DNA of 64,000 nt from an uncultured bacterium (GTDB lineage Bacteria; Patescibacteriota; Doudnabacteria; UBA920): NCBI GenBank assembly GCA_963749445.1, contig CAVVMJ010000005.1:98915-162914 (forward strand), written 5' to 3'. A model generated the notes under the pieces. The model made no database searches. It saw only the letters and a program-made list of their open reading frames with translations, and had not been told where the DNA came from. Made by a program: the position numbers and the translations under genes. The first letter of the stretch is position 1. Every line of letters begins with the position of its first letter. Of this stretch, positions 37,647 through 47,300 are shown piece by piece.

Positions 37647-39170
37647 ATGGGACTGCCGTCAAAAAAGCGCATAGTTGGGAATCAATGCGGGTCAATCATG
37701 ATCTTCAATATTTTGATTATTTTTATTTTTTCCACCGTGCTCATCGGCATTTTGAGCGTGGCCACTTCCCAGCTGCGACTTTTGCGCAGCAGCATCTACC
37801 GCGAGTCGGCATTTGACATCGCCGAAGCCGGGGTGAATTATTACCAGTGGCATTTGGCCCATTTTCAGACCGATTACGCCGACGGCAGCGGCCAGACCGG
37901 CTGCAACCCCTGCGGCCCCTATGTCCACAACTATACCGACACGGACAACGAAACCGTTATCGGCAAATTCAGCCTGATGATTACCCCGTCTTTGCTCGGC
38001 TCCACCATGGTGACCATCCAGTCCACGGGCTACACCCTGGCCGCCCCAGCTACCCGGCGCGTCCTGACCGTGCAGTACGGTATTCCCAGCCTGGCGCAGT
38101 ATTCGTTTTTAAGCAATTCCGACGCCTGGATCGGGGGCACGGAAGCGGTGCACGGCCAGTTCCGCAACAACGGCGGTTTGCGTTTTGACGGCACGGGCGA
38201 TTCCTGGATTTCTTCGGCTAAAAATAACATTCCGCCCGGGCCGGGCTACCAGTGCAGTCCGTTTTTCGGATGCTGCCCGGTGCTGACCAAGCCCGGCATT
38301 TGGGGATCCGCGCCGGGTTCTACCCAGTCATTTTGGCAGATGGGCCAGCCCAATTTCAACTTTACCGGCATTACCGCCGATTTGAACACTTTGGAAAATG
38401 ACGCCAAAGCCGGCGGGATTTATCTGGCCCCTTCCAATAGCCAGGGCGATTCGTTGGTGTTTAAAAACGACGGCACCCTGGATATTTATAAAGTCACTTC
38501 GCGCAAGGCCAATCCCACGGGGTATGACACCAATTGCAGCTACAGCGCCTCTTTATGCGCCAGTTCCTGCGGCAGCGCCTGCCTAAATTCCCTCCAGTGC
38601 GAGGCGCGCAACGACCAACTGGACTATAACGCCCGTACGTTCCAAAGCAATCAGGCTATCCCGGGCAACGGCGTCATTTACGTAGAAGATAATGCTTGGG
38701 TGGAGGGCACGGTCAAGGGCCGCGCGCTGGTGGTGGCGGCCAAGCTGGGCGCCGCTTTGTCTTCCATGCCCAACATCATGATTCCCAATAATATAGTCTA
38801 CAATGATTTAACCGCCAACAGCACGGACATTTTGGGCCTGCTGTCGCAAAAGGACATTGTTATTACCTACGCGGCGCCGCAGACTTTGACCATTGACGCG
38901 GCCCTGATCGCGCAAAACGGCGTGGCCAACTTTTTTGACTTCAGCGGCGGCTGCAGCAGCGTGGCCGCGGAAAAGACCACCCTGAACATTTTTGGCTCCA
39001 TGGCCAGTTACGGCATTTGGACCTGGACTTGGACCTGCGCCAACGGCAAATATTCCGGCTACCTCAACACCAACACCACTTACGACGGCCGGCTGCTGTA
39101 TTCGCCGCCGCCGGATTTTCCGGTTGACTCCGCCGCCGGTTACCAGCAATTAAATTGGAAGAGCAATTAA
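37647..39170 (+). CDS. PilX-like minor pilin, Cys-rich
   Basis: G|SIMIF N-terminus, AFDIAEAG, YDGRLLYSPPP. Confidence 0.82.
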   Translation: MGLPSKKRIVGNQCGSIMIFNILIIFIFSTVLIGILSVATSQLRLLRSSIYRESAFDIAEAGVNYYQWHLAHFQTDYADGSGQTGCNPCGPYVHNYTDTDNETVIGKFSLMITPSLLGSTMVTIQSTGYTLAAPATRRVLTVQYGIPSLAQYSFLSNSDAWIGGTEAVHGQFRNNGGLRFDGTGDSWISSAKNNIPPGPGYQCSPFFGCCPVLTKPGIWGSAPGSTQSFWQMGQPNFNFTGITADLNTLENDAKAGGIYLAPSNSQGDSLVFKNDGTLDIYKVTSRKANPTGYDTNCSYSASLCASSCGSACLNSLQCEARNDQLDYNARTFQSNQAIPGNGVIYVEDNAWVEGTVKGRALVVAAKLGAALSSMPNIMIPNNIVYNDLTANSTDILGLLSQKDIVITYAAPQTLTIDAALIAQNGVANFFDFSGGCSSVAAEKTTLNIFGSMASYGIWTWTWTCANGKYSGYLNTNTTYDGRLLYSPPPDFPVDSAAGYQQLNWKSN

Positions 39171-39368
39171 TTTAATTGACAAAATTGACATAATTGAGCA
39201 AAATTGAACATAATTTGATTTGGCAATTATGTCAATTATTCCCGCCTGCCTACGCCAATTATCAATCTCAGATAAATACTAACAATCAGCTGGCTAATCA
39301 ACATCATTAAAATATAACAAACGGCATCGGCGGGCAGGTAAATTATGGCAATTATGTCAATAATCCTT

Positions 39369-39782
39369 ATGTTCAAAAAAACTTTTGCATTTTTGTCCAA
39401 GGCGTTGATAATATCGGCAATGTTTTTATTGCCGTTCGGCGTTTCGGCTATGATTTTGGTGCCCAAAGGAATGGTGCCGAATCCGCCGCCGCTGCAGCCG
39501 CATTCGCCTTTGGTCAAACCCAATATTTCCCAAAACGTCAATACGCCGCCCCAGCCAGCGCCGTACGGCCAGACTGCGACTTCGGCGTCCGCCTCCTTGC
39601 CGCCGCCTGCCACAACCAGCCAGTCAGCCGTTGCGCCGCCGCCCGATAATACGGTGGCCGCGGATGAGCAAAGCGCCGATACCACGGCTTTATGGGCCAA
39701 ACCCTGGTTGTGGGCGCTGGTTTTGGTTGTCGGAAGTTCGTTGGGGTATTGGCTGGTTATGAAGGATAGGGATAAGAATTAA
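39369..39782 (+). CDS. Pro-rich protein with signal peptide and C-terminal TM helix
   Basis: Signal peptide, PPP-rich linker, C-terminal WLWALVLVVG. Confidence 0.6.
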   Translation: MFKKTFAFLSKALIISAMFLLPFGVSAMILVPKGMVPNPPPLQPHSPLVKPNISQNVNTPPQPAPYGQTATSASASLPPPATTSQSAVAPPPDNTVAADEQSADTTALWAKPWLWALVLVVGSSLGYWLVMKDRDKN

Positions 39783-39873
39783 ATCATTGACATAATTGCC
39801 ATAATTTAAATAATTGCCATAAATATTGGGCCTATTATTTATGTTCAATTATGTCAATTATGTCAATAACATC

Positions 39874-41154
39874 ATGACTCAATCCGCCGCGGGGGATAGC
39901 GAACTGTCATCAATCTACAAACTGCCGCGCGCCACCTGCCCTTACTGCGGCCACAATCCCAGCCCACATTTTTTTACCTGGTACGTGGAAAGCCTGGACA
40001 TTTTATTGGCGCCTTTGCGCCGGTTAATTTTTTACAACCCCGCATCGCGTTTGGTAAGGCGGTGGTTAAAATCGCGGCAGTTTGGCTGGCGTTTTGCCTC
40101 GCTGCTGTTAAAACTGCGGGTGTTCCAAAAGCAGTCTGACATATCGGTTTGCAAAGTCCGCCGCGCCCAGGTCTTGTGGGAAGAAGCGCAAAAACGCGGC
40201 ATCAAATTTTTCGGCCTAAAATTGTTCGGCAAAAATTTGGATATGTACCTGGCCGAGAAAAGCGGCAAAAGGTTGTTTATTGACGGCTTGCCGCGGCCGC
40301 AAAATTCTGACGGCGGCATGCTGGACGTAATGGATGACAAGCTGCTGTTAAAAAATAAATTGGCAGCTGCCGGTTTGCCCGTGCCAGCCGGCGGGAGCGC
40401 GACCGGAATGCCATCAGCTGTTAAAATTTTCCGCTTGATTGATAAACCAGTTATCGTTAAGCCGCGTACCGGCAGCCGTGGGAGACACACCACCACTTTT
40501 GTCCGGACGGAAGAAGATTTGCGGCAGGCCGTCAAAGTCGCCAAGCAGCTTTGCCATTGGGTAATGGTGGAGGAGCAGCTGTTTGGCCCGGTTTACCGTG
40601 CCACGATTATTGATGGCCCCTCGACTTCGCCCCTTCGGCCTCGAGCTCAGGGCCGAGAGGTCGGGACAAGCAAGCTTGCCGGAGTTTTACGCGGCGACCC
40701 GCCGCAGGTAACTGGGGATGGCAAACATACTATCGCGCAGCTGATAAATATCAAAAACTCGCAGCCGCACCCGAGGGTTAAGGACATAGTTATGGACTCA
40801 TCAGCAGAGTTATTTTTGCAGCGCCAGCAATTATTCGCCGACACGATTTTGCCAGCCGGCCAGATTGTACCGATATCCGAAAAAATCGGCCTCAATTCCG
40901 GAGGGTCGTCCAGCGAAGATTTTGACATTTGCCATCCGGACAATGCGGAGCTGTTTTTGCGCGCCGCCGAGGTTTTGGGCGACCCGCTGGTGGGTTTTGA
41001 TTTTATTATTCCCGACATAGCAAAATCGTGGAAAAGCCAAAAATGCGGATTCATTGAAGCCAACTCCCTGCCCTTCATCAATCTCCATCACGATCCACTG
41101 AAAGGAGCCCCCCGCAACGCCGCCGCCCTGGTTTGGGAGATGATGGGAATGTGA
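39874..41154 (+). CDS. ATP-grasp protein related to the cyanophycin synthetase N-terminal domain
   Basis: DDK..K..L..AGLPVP, IVKPRTGSRG, GFDFI, IEANSLP; in-frame insert at about 40615-40670. Confidence 0.8.
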   Translation: MTQSAAGDSELSSIYKLPRATCPYCGHNPSPHFFTWYVESLDILLAPLRRLIFYNPASRLVRRWLKSRQFGWRFASLLLKLRVFQKQSDISVCKVRRAQVLWEEAQKRGIKFFGLKLFGKNLDMYLAEKSGKRLFIDGLPRPQNSDGGMLDVMDDKLLLKNKLAAAGLPVPAGGSATGMPSAVKIFRLIDKPVIVKPRTGSRGRHTTTFVRTEEDLRQAVKVAKQLCHWVMVEEQLFGPVYRATIIDGPSTSPLRPRAQGREVGTSKLAGVLRGDPPQVTGDGKHTIAQLINIKNSQPHPRVKDIVMDSSAELFLQRQQLFADTILPAGQIVPISEKIGLNSGGSSSEDFDICHPDNAELFLRAAEVLGDPLVGFDFIIPDIAKSWKSQKCGFIEANSLPFINLHHDPLKGAPRNAAALVWEMMGM

Positions 41155-41212
41155 TTGATTAGGATAATTATTAGGTATATACTAATGTATATACAAGTAT
41201 ATATACACGCAT

Positions 41213-41380
41213 ATGAGAAAATACGCGCAAAAAAATATCCGCAAGCTCATCAGGCTGTCGGGCAGCGTGGTGGTCAGCCTGCCGGCGGAATACGTCAGCG
41301 AACTGAAATGGAAGCACGGCCAGAAAGTCGTGGTCCGCAAACAGGGCCGGCATTTGATAGTCAAGGATTTTAGGGATTAA
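41213..41380 (+). CDS. Small AbrB/MazE-family protein (below the ORF-track cutoff)
   Basis: MRKYAQKNIRKLIRLSGSVVVSLPAEYVSELKWKHGQKVVVRKQGRHLIVKDFRD. Confidence 0.8.
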   Translation: MRKYAQKNIRKLIRLSGSVVVSLPAEYVSELKWKHGQKVVVRKQGRHLIVKDFRD

Positions 41381-41386
41381 AGTCAA

Positions 41387-42682
41387 ATGGAAACCAAAAC
41401 GCGCATCATCAAAAATTTTGACAGGCTGGCGACGTCAGATTTGCGGCGGCGGGCGTTGACTATTGCGGAAGCGGGTTTTGCCGCCATTGATACCAAGGCC
41501 GCGGTGAGGCGGACAGTTAAATATAATCAGCAAAAACAAATTTTGGAAGTCGGCGATAAAAGATATCGGCTGGCGGATTTTGAAAGAGTTATGTGCATTG
41601 GTTTTGGCAAGGCGGCGTTTGACGCGGTGAGCGAGCTGCAAAACATCCTCGGCGATAAAATAAAGTGTGGGTTCGTCATTGACCTAAAAGAGGGATCTTT
41701 GGGCAATATTGTCTGTAAAGTCGGTACGCACCCATATCCGACCAAGGTTAACATTGAGGCCACCAAGGAACTTTTGGCCATGCTTTCGGATTGCACCGAA
41801 AAAGATTTGGTATTGTGTGTGGTTTCCGGCGGCGGCAGCGCTTTGCTTTGTTATCCGCACGAGATGTCCTGCGAGGCCGAAGTGGCCATTATTTCGGCGT
41901 TGACCGTAAAAGGCGCGACCATCCAGGAATTAAATACGGTACGCAAGCACATCAGCCGGGTCAAGGGCGGCAATTTGGCCAAGTTGATGTATCCGGCCAG
42001 CGTCATCAGCTTAATTTTTTCCGACGTGCCGGGAGACGATATCAGTATGGTGGCCTCTGGCCCCACGGTGGTGGACAAGACTTTTATGAAAGACGCGGCC
42101 GCGGTTTTAAAAAAATACGACGTGCTGGAGGCGTGCCAGATGCCCTCGTGCAAGCTGACGGAAACTCCCAAACAGGCCAAGTATTTTGAAAAAGTCCAAA
42201 ATGTTCTGGCGGTTTCGGCTAAGCAGGCTTTGGCCGCCATGAAAGACGCGGCGGAAAATTTGGGTTATGATGTAAAAATTTTTTCCGACAGCTTCCAAGG
42301 CGTGGCGCGCGAGTTGGGTTCACAAATCATCAGCGCCAACAAAATCGGACAATGTCTGCTCGGCGCCGGCGAGAGCTCGGTGAAAATTAGCGGTAAGGGT
42401 AAAGGGGGAAGGAATCAGGAAATGGCGCTGGCCGCTTTATCATCAGTTGCCGAAAATCAGGTTTTGGTTTGCGCGGCATCGGACGGCCACGACAACACCG
42501 ACGCGGCCGGCGCAGTTGTGGACACCGGCGTTTTGACTCGGGCCAAGGCTTTGGGTTTGGATTCAAACCAATTTTTGCAAAACAACGACAGCTATAATTT
42601 TTTTGAACAGACCGGCGATCTATTGCAAACCGGCCTGACCGAAGCCAACGTGTCGGATTTTTTTGTGTGCCTGAGACAGTAG
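41387..42682 (+). CDS. Glycerate 2-kinase (DUF4147 + MOFRL)
   Basis: GFGKAA, SGGGSAL, RKHISRVKGG, SDVPGD, GGRNQE, SDGHD. Confidence 0.93.
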   Translation: METKTRIIKNFDRLATSDLRRRALTIAEAGFAAIDTKAAVRRTVKYNQQKQILEVGDKRYRLADFERVMCIGFGKAAFDAVSELQNILGDKIKCGFVIDLKEGSLGNIVCKVGTHPYPTKVNIEATKELLAMLSDCTEKDLVLCVVSGGGSALLCYPHEMSCEAEVAIISALTVKGATIQELNTVRKHISRVKGGNLAKLMYPASVISLIFSDVPGDDISMVASGPTVVDKTFMKDAAAVLKKYDVLEACQMPSCKLTETPKQAKYFEKVQNVLAVSAKQALAAMKDAAENLGYDVKIFSDSFQGVARELGSQIISANKIGQCLLGAGESSVKISGKGKGGRNQEMALAALSSVAENQVLVCAASDGHDNTDAAGAVVDTGVLTRAKALGLDSNQFLQNNDSYNFFEQTGDLLQTGLTEANVSDFFVCLRQ

Positions 42683-42771
42683 TGTCGATAATCAATTTGC
42701 AATAGATGAATTTTTATGCTATAATTAAATAAATTGAGGGAAATTTTTGATGTAAAAATTTAGGCGGGTAA

Positions 42772-43764
42772 ATGAAAATTGTCTTTTACGAAACGCAAAA
42801 ATGGGAAGAAGAGTATTTAAAGGCAAAATTGTCGGGTTTTGACCTGTCTTTTAATATAGGCAGCAAAATTTTGCCTGATGCCGGCGCGGAGATTGTTTGT
42901 AATTTTGTGGGTTCGCCGCTTACTGGCGAAATTATCGGCAAAATGCCGCAGCTTAAGTTCGTGGCCACGCGCAGCACGGGTTATGATCACGTGGATTTAA
43001 AAGCCTGCAGCGAACGGGGGATTGTGGTGAGCAACGTGCCGACTTACGGCGAAAACACGGTGGCGGAATTTGCTTTTGCCCTGCTTTTGGCTTTGTCGCG
43101 AAAGATTTTTCCGGCAGTTAAGCGGGTGCGCGAACAAGGATTGTTTTTGACCGACAGTTTGCAGGGCTTTGATTTGCAGGGCAAAACCTTGGGCGTGGTG
43201 GGCGCCGGCCACATTGGGGTGTTCGTGATAAAAATCGCCAAGGGTTTTGGCATGAATGTTTTGGCTTATGACCCGCATCCCAAAGAGGAATTGGCGAACC
43301 AATATGGGTTTAAATACGCATCGTTGGAGGATTTATTAAAATCATCCGACGTCATTACTCTGCACGTGCCGTATATGCCGGCTACTCATCATTTAATTAA
43401 CGCGCAAAACATCGGCCTGTGCAAAAAAGGTGCCATTATCATTAACACGGCGCGCGGCGGACTAATAGAAACTTCGGCTTTGGTCAGCGCCTTAAAATCC
43501 GGACAAATTGCGGGCGCGGGTTTGGATGTTTTGGAAGAAGAAGGGTTTATTAAGGAAGAGGCCGATTTGCTGATAAACGGGCATCCGAATTTGGAAGAGT
43601 TAAAAATCGCCCTGGCCGACCACGAGCTGATGTATATGGATAACGTTTTAATTACGCCCCATAACGCTTTTAACACCAAAGAAGCTTTGCAAAGAATTTT
43701 AGATACGACTATAATGAATATAGAGGGGTTTGCAAAGGGGCAGCCGATTAATTTGGTTAAATAA
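42772..43764 (+). CDS. D-2-hydroxyacid (D-lactate-like) dehydrogenase
   Basis: TRSTGYDH, GAGHIG, INTARG, LDV, TPHNAF. Confidence 0.93.
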   Translation: MKIVFYETQKWEEEYLKAKLSGFDLSFNIGSKILPDAGAEIVCNFVGSPLTGEIIGKMPQLKFVATRSTGYDHVDLKACSERGIVVSNVPTYGENTVAEFAFALLLALSRKIFPAVKRVREQGLFLTDSLQGFDLQGKTLGVVGAGHIGVFVIKIAKGFGMNVLAYDPHPKEELANQYGFKYASLEDLLKSSDVITLHVPYMPATHHLINAQNIGLCKKGAIIINTARGGLIETSALVSALKSGQIAGAGLDVLEEEGFIKEEADLLINGHPNLEELKIALADHELMYMDNVLITPHNAFNTKEALQRILDTTIMNIEGFAKGQPINLVK

Positions 43765-43775
43765 CATTTACCTCT

Positions 43776-44259
43776 CCTACGAACTTACGAACATTTCGAA
43801 CTACGAACTGACCCGTTATGCCAATAAAACCAAAGATAAGGAAACAAGATTTATTATATCCTGACTTATCGTATGAAATTATTGGCGCGTTGCTTGCGGT
43901 ATACAAAGCTTTGGGGCCGGGACTCCCGGAAAAAGTTTACCAAAGAGCGGTCGCGGAGGAATTAAGGAGAAGAGGGATAAAGTTCCAAGAGCAGGTTCCG
44001 GTAAAAATAATTTACGAGGGCATTCCTATAGGAATTTATTATGCCGATTTCGTCATTGAAGATAAAATTGTTTTGGAATTAAAAACTTACAGATTTTTTA
44101 GCAGAAAAAATATTGACCAAACAGTCGGTTACTTAAAAAGTTTAAAATTACAGCTCGGTATGCTAGCCAATTTTACCAGAAATGGTTTGGAATATAAAAG
44201 AATAATTAATCTTACGTAAGAAGCCGGTTCGTAGTTCGTAACTTTCGTAAGTTCGTAGG
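43776..44259. mobile_element. Candidate element: GxxExxY gene bounded by 33-bp inverted repeats built of TACGAAC units
   Basis: 43776-43808 versus the reverse complement of 44227-44259: 30/33 identical. Confidence 0.65.
43818..44219 (+). CDS. GxxExxY protein (PD-(D/E)XK fold)
   Basis: GLPEKVY, ADFVIEDKIVLELK, Q..GYL, LANF. Confidence 0.95.
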   Translation: MPIKPKIRKQDLLYPDLSYEIIGALLAVYKALGPGLPEKVYQRAVAEELRRRGIKFQEQVPVKIIYEGIPIGIYYADFVIEDKIVLELKTYRFFSRKNIDQTVGYLKSLKLQLGMLANFTRNGLEYKRIINLT

Positions 44260-44340
44260 ATCATCAATATGAAACCAAAACCGCCCGGCAGACGCCATAC
44301 GCCTCACTTACATCATCAAACTAAAATTAACCAAACCATT

Positions 44341-47300
44341 ATGGATAAGGTCAAAATCAAAAGGGTAAAAAGGGATAAAAAGAAAGCCACAACAAAAGAA
44401 AAGATTTTGGCCGGTTTGGGCGTGGGCGGAACCCTGATGGGCGGCATTGCGGGAATGCAGGCTAAACCCAGCGCGCAGACGAAACTTGTCAGCATCACCG
44501 GCACCGAGCAGTCCAGCGGCACTTCCAAAATTAAATCCGCAATAAAAAAGCTTTTTGGCGCGACCATTGGAGCGCAGACGGCCAAGGCGGAAGAAAATAC
44601 CACCACAACCCGCACAGTTACAGATCCGGATACTGGTCAAATTACCACTTATTACGACACCACTATTAATGGTATGCCTGTAACGGTTGACCAAAACGGC
44701 ACTACCTGGATAAATCAGGGCAACGGAGCCGAGCAGGTTGACCCGCAGGATTACGGCATAGATCCCAATGCCATACAAACGCAGGCTACCACGTCGTCAG
44801 ATACTTCCGGAACCTCCGGCACAAGCGGCACATCTGGCACATCAGGGACTTCTGGTGACGATGGTTCAAGCGGCACTTCCGGTACATTTCCGGGACTTCT
44901 GGCACATCAGGTGACGGTGGCGGTACAGCGGTGACATGGCGACAGTGGTGACAGCACCACTAATACCGGCCCCACCCTAACCGGCGCGCCAACCTTAAAC
45001 TCCAGCGGCACGGGCATTGATGTGTCCGGTTTGGCATCTAGTGGCGGCAGCAGCGGCATCAGCATTGACGACAGCCAGGTTAACTACAATGTTCCCGGCA
45101 CCTACACCGTAACCATCAACGCTTACGACAGTTCCGGCAACCTGACTTCCCAGACATACCAGGTCACAGTTCCGGCTACATCTGGAACCGCGGTACATCT
45201 GGGACTTCTGGTGAACTCTGGCACTTCCGGTAGTAGCGACGCCACTAATACTGGCCCCACCCTAACCGGCGCACCAACCCTAAACTCTAGTGGCACGGGT
45301 ATTGATGTCTCCGGTTTGGCATCTAGTGGCGGCGGCAGCGGCATCAGCATTGACGACAGCCAGGTTAACTACAATGTTCCCGGCACCTATACCGTAACCA
45401 TCAACGCTTATGACAGTTCCGGCAACCTGACTTCCCAGTCATACCAAGTCACAGTTCCGGCTACCTCAGGTACATCAGGTACCATCTGGAACCAGTCGGC
45501 ACTTCTGGTACATCCGGTACTTCTGGTGCCACAACCGGCCCCACCTTAACCGGTTTGCCAACCCTAAATTCCACTGGCACGGGCATTAACGTGTCCGGCT
45601 TGACGTCCTCGGGTGGCAGCGACAATATCAGCATTGACGACAGCCAGGTTAACTACAATGCTCCCGGCACCTATACCGTAACCATCAACGCTTACGACAG
45701 TTCCGGCAACCTGACTTCCCAGACTTATCAGATAACAATTCCGGCTACCTCAGGTACCTCTGGCACATCAGGGACATCCGGAACCAGTGGCACAAGTGGC
45801 ACTTCCGGCACTCTGGAACCAGCGGAACCTCTGTCGATTTAGGAGCCCCTGTTTCCGGCTCTATACCATCCCGACTCCAACAATTCTTACAGCTGGACAG
45901 CCTCGACTGCCACCATTGGCGGCCAGCAATACACTAACCTAAACCTTTCCGCCCTGTCGGACGGCCGGATTATTGCCTACATTAACCGGCTGGCACGGAC
46001 GTGACTTCAGGTTTACACCTTGCGGCATGACCGGGACTTTATATTCCGCCTATAAGTGCTAGCTCCGGAGCCTGGTACCTCCGGCACTATCAGGGACTTC
46101 GGGTACATCGGGCACATCATGTACATTCGGTACTACTGGAACTTCAGGTCATCTGTCATCTCAGGCACTCGTCGCCGTCCGCCACAACCGGCAACGTACC
46201 ACCCGTGGTTACATTGAACAACGGCGTGTATACGGCTTCGGTGACTATCAACGGGCAAACCTATACGGCTACAGGATCCACTTTGGGCGATTTGAACAGT
46301 AATATGCAAAAGTACAATAATCTTACCGGCAATAACCAGCAAGTTTTTGCGGCTTTGGCTCAGGCTTCCGACGCCTACGCGTTGAAGCAATATAACGCGA
46401 CGCAAGCGGGTAAAACCCCGGGCAACGGCGCGCCAATTGATATATCCACCGCTTCCGTGTACGGCTCCGATGAGTTATGAAACCGCTTACAGCAAGTATT
46501 TGGCCCAGTACTAAGGATCACAACATCAACCCCAACCCCGACCCAACTAACTGACGCGCTCGCCGCTTTGGCAAAGGCTTCGACTCAGGCCGATAATAAT
46601 TTCCAGACTTCGTGGTAGCCAGGATAAAGCGGACCTGATTTATGATCAGACTTACAATAACTGGTTATTAATCATCAGGTCAGACCGGATTAAATATCCA
46701 GACAACCTGCTCCCACTCCGCCTGCCGGTTATGTTCCGCCGGGGACAAGAGCTATCTCCACCAGCAATTCTACCACCGTTACCAACCAGGTTAATGGCCA
46801 AACCATTAGCTTGACTTTTGTTAATAATTCGGGCGGCAGCACCAGCACTTTGAAAGTGGGAGACAGTTGGACCATAACCGTTACCGGTCCCAACGGTCCG
46901 GTTTATTCCAGCGACAAAAACGGCAACAACCGCACTTTGATGGGTACTATTACAAACGGGGTTCTTCAGTTGTCCGGGACTGTGACTAGCAACGAGACAG
47001 GTCCCTGGAACGAGGTCTGGACTTACGGCGGCACCGCTAACTCAAACGCAAGCCAATCGGGCGGCTCAATTTCAGTTCCGGTCAGCAATTCCACCGTTAT
47101 TAGCGGCGCAACAGGTTACCGGTCAGCCCATAAATCTTACTTTTACCAACAACACGAGCGGCGACACCAGCGATTTAAAAGTCGGAGACAACTGGACCAT
47201 AACCATTACCGGTCCCGACGGTCCGGTTTATGCCAGCGAGCCGGATGGCAGCGACCGCACCTTGATGGGCTACATCAAGGCGGCAGTTCTCAATTGAACG

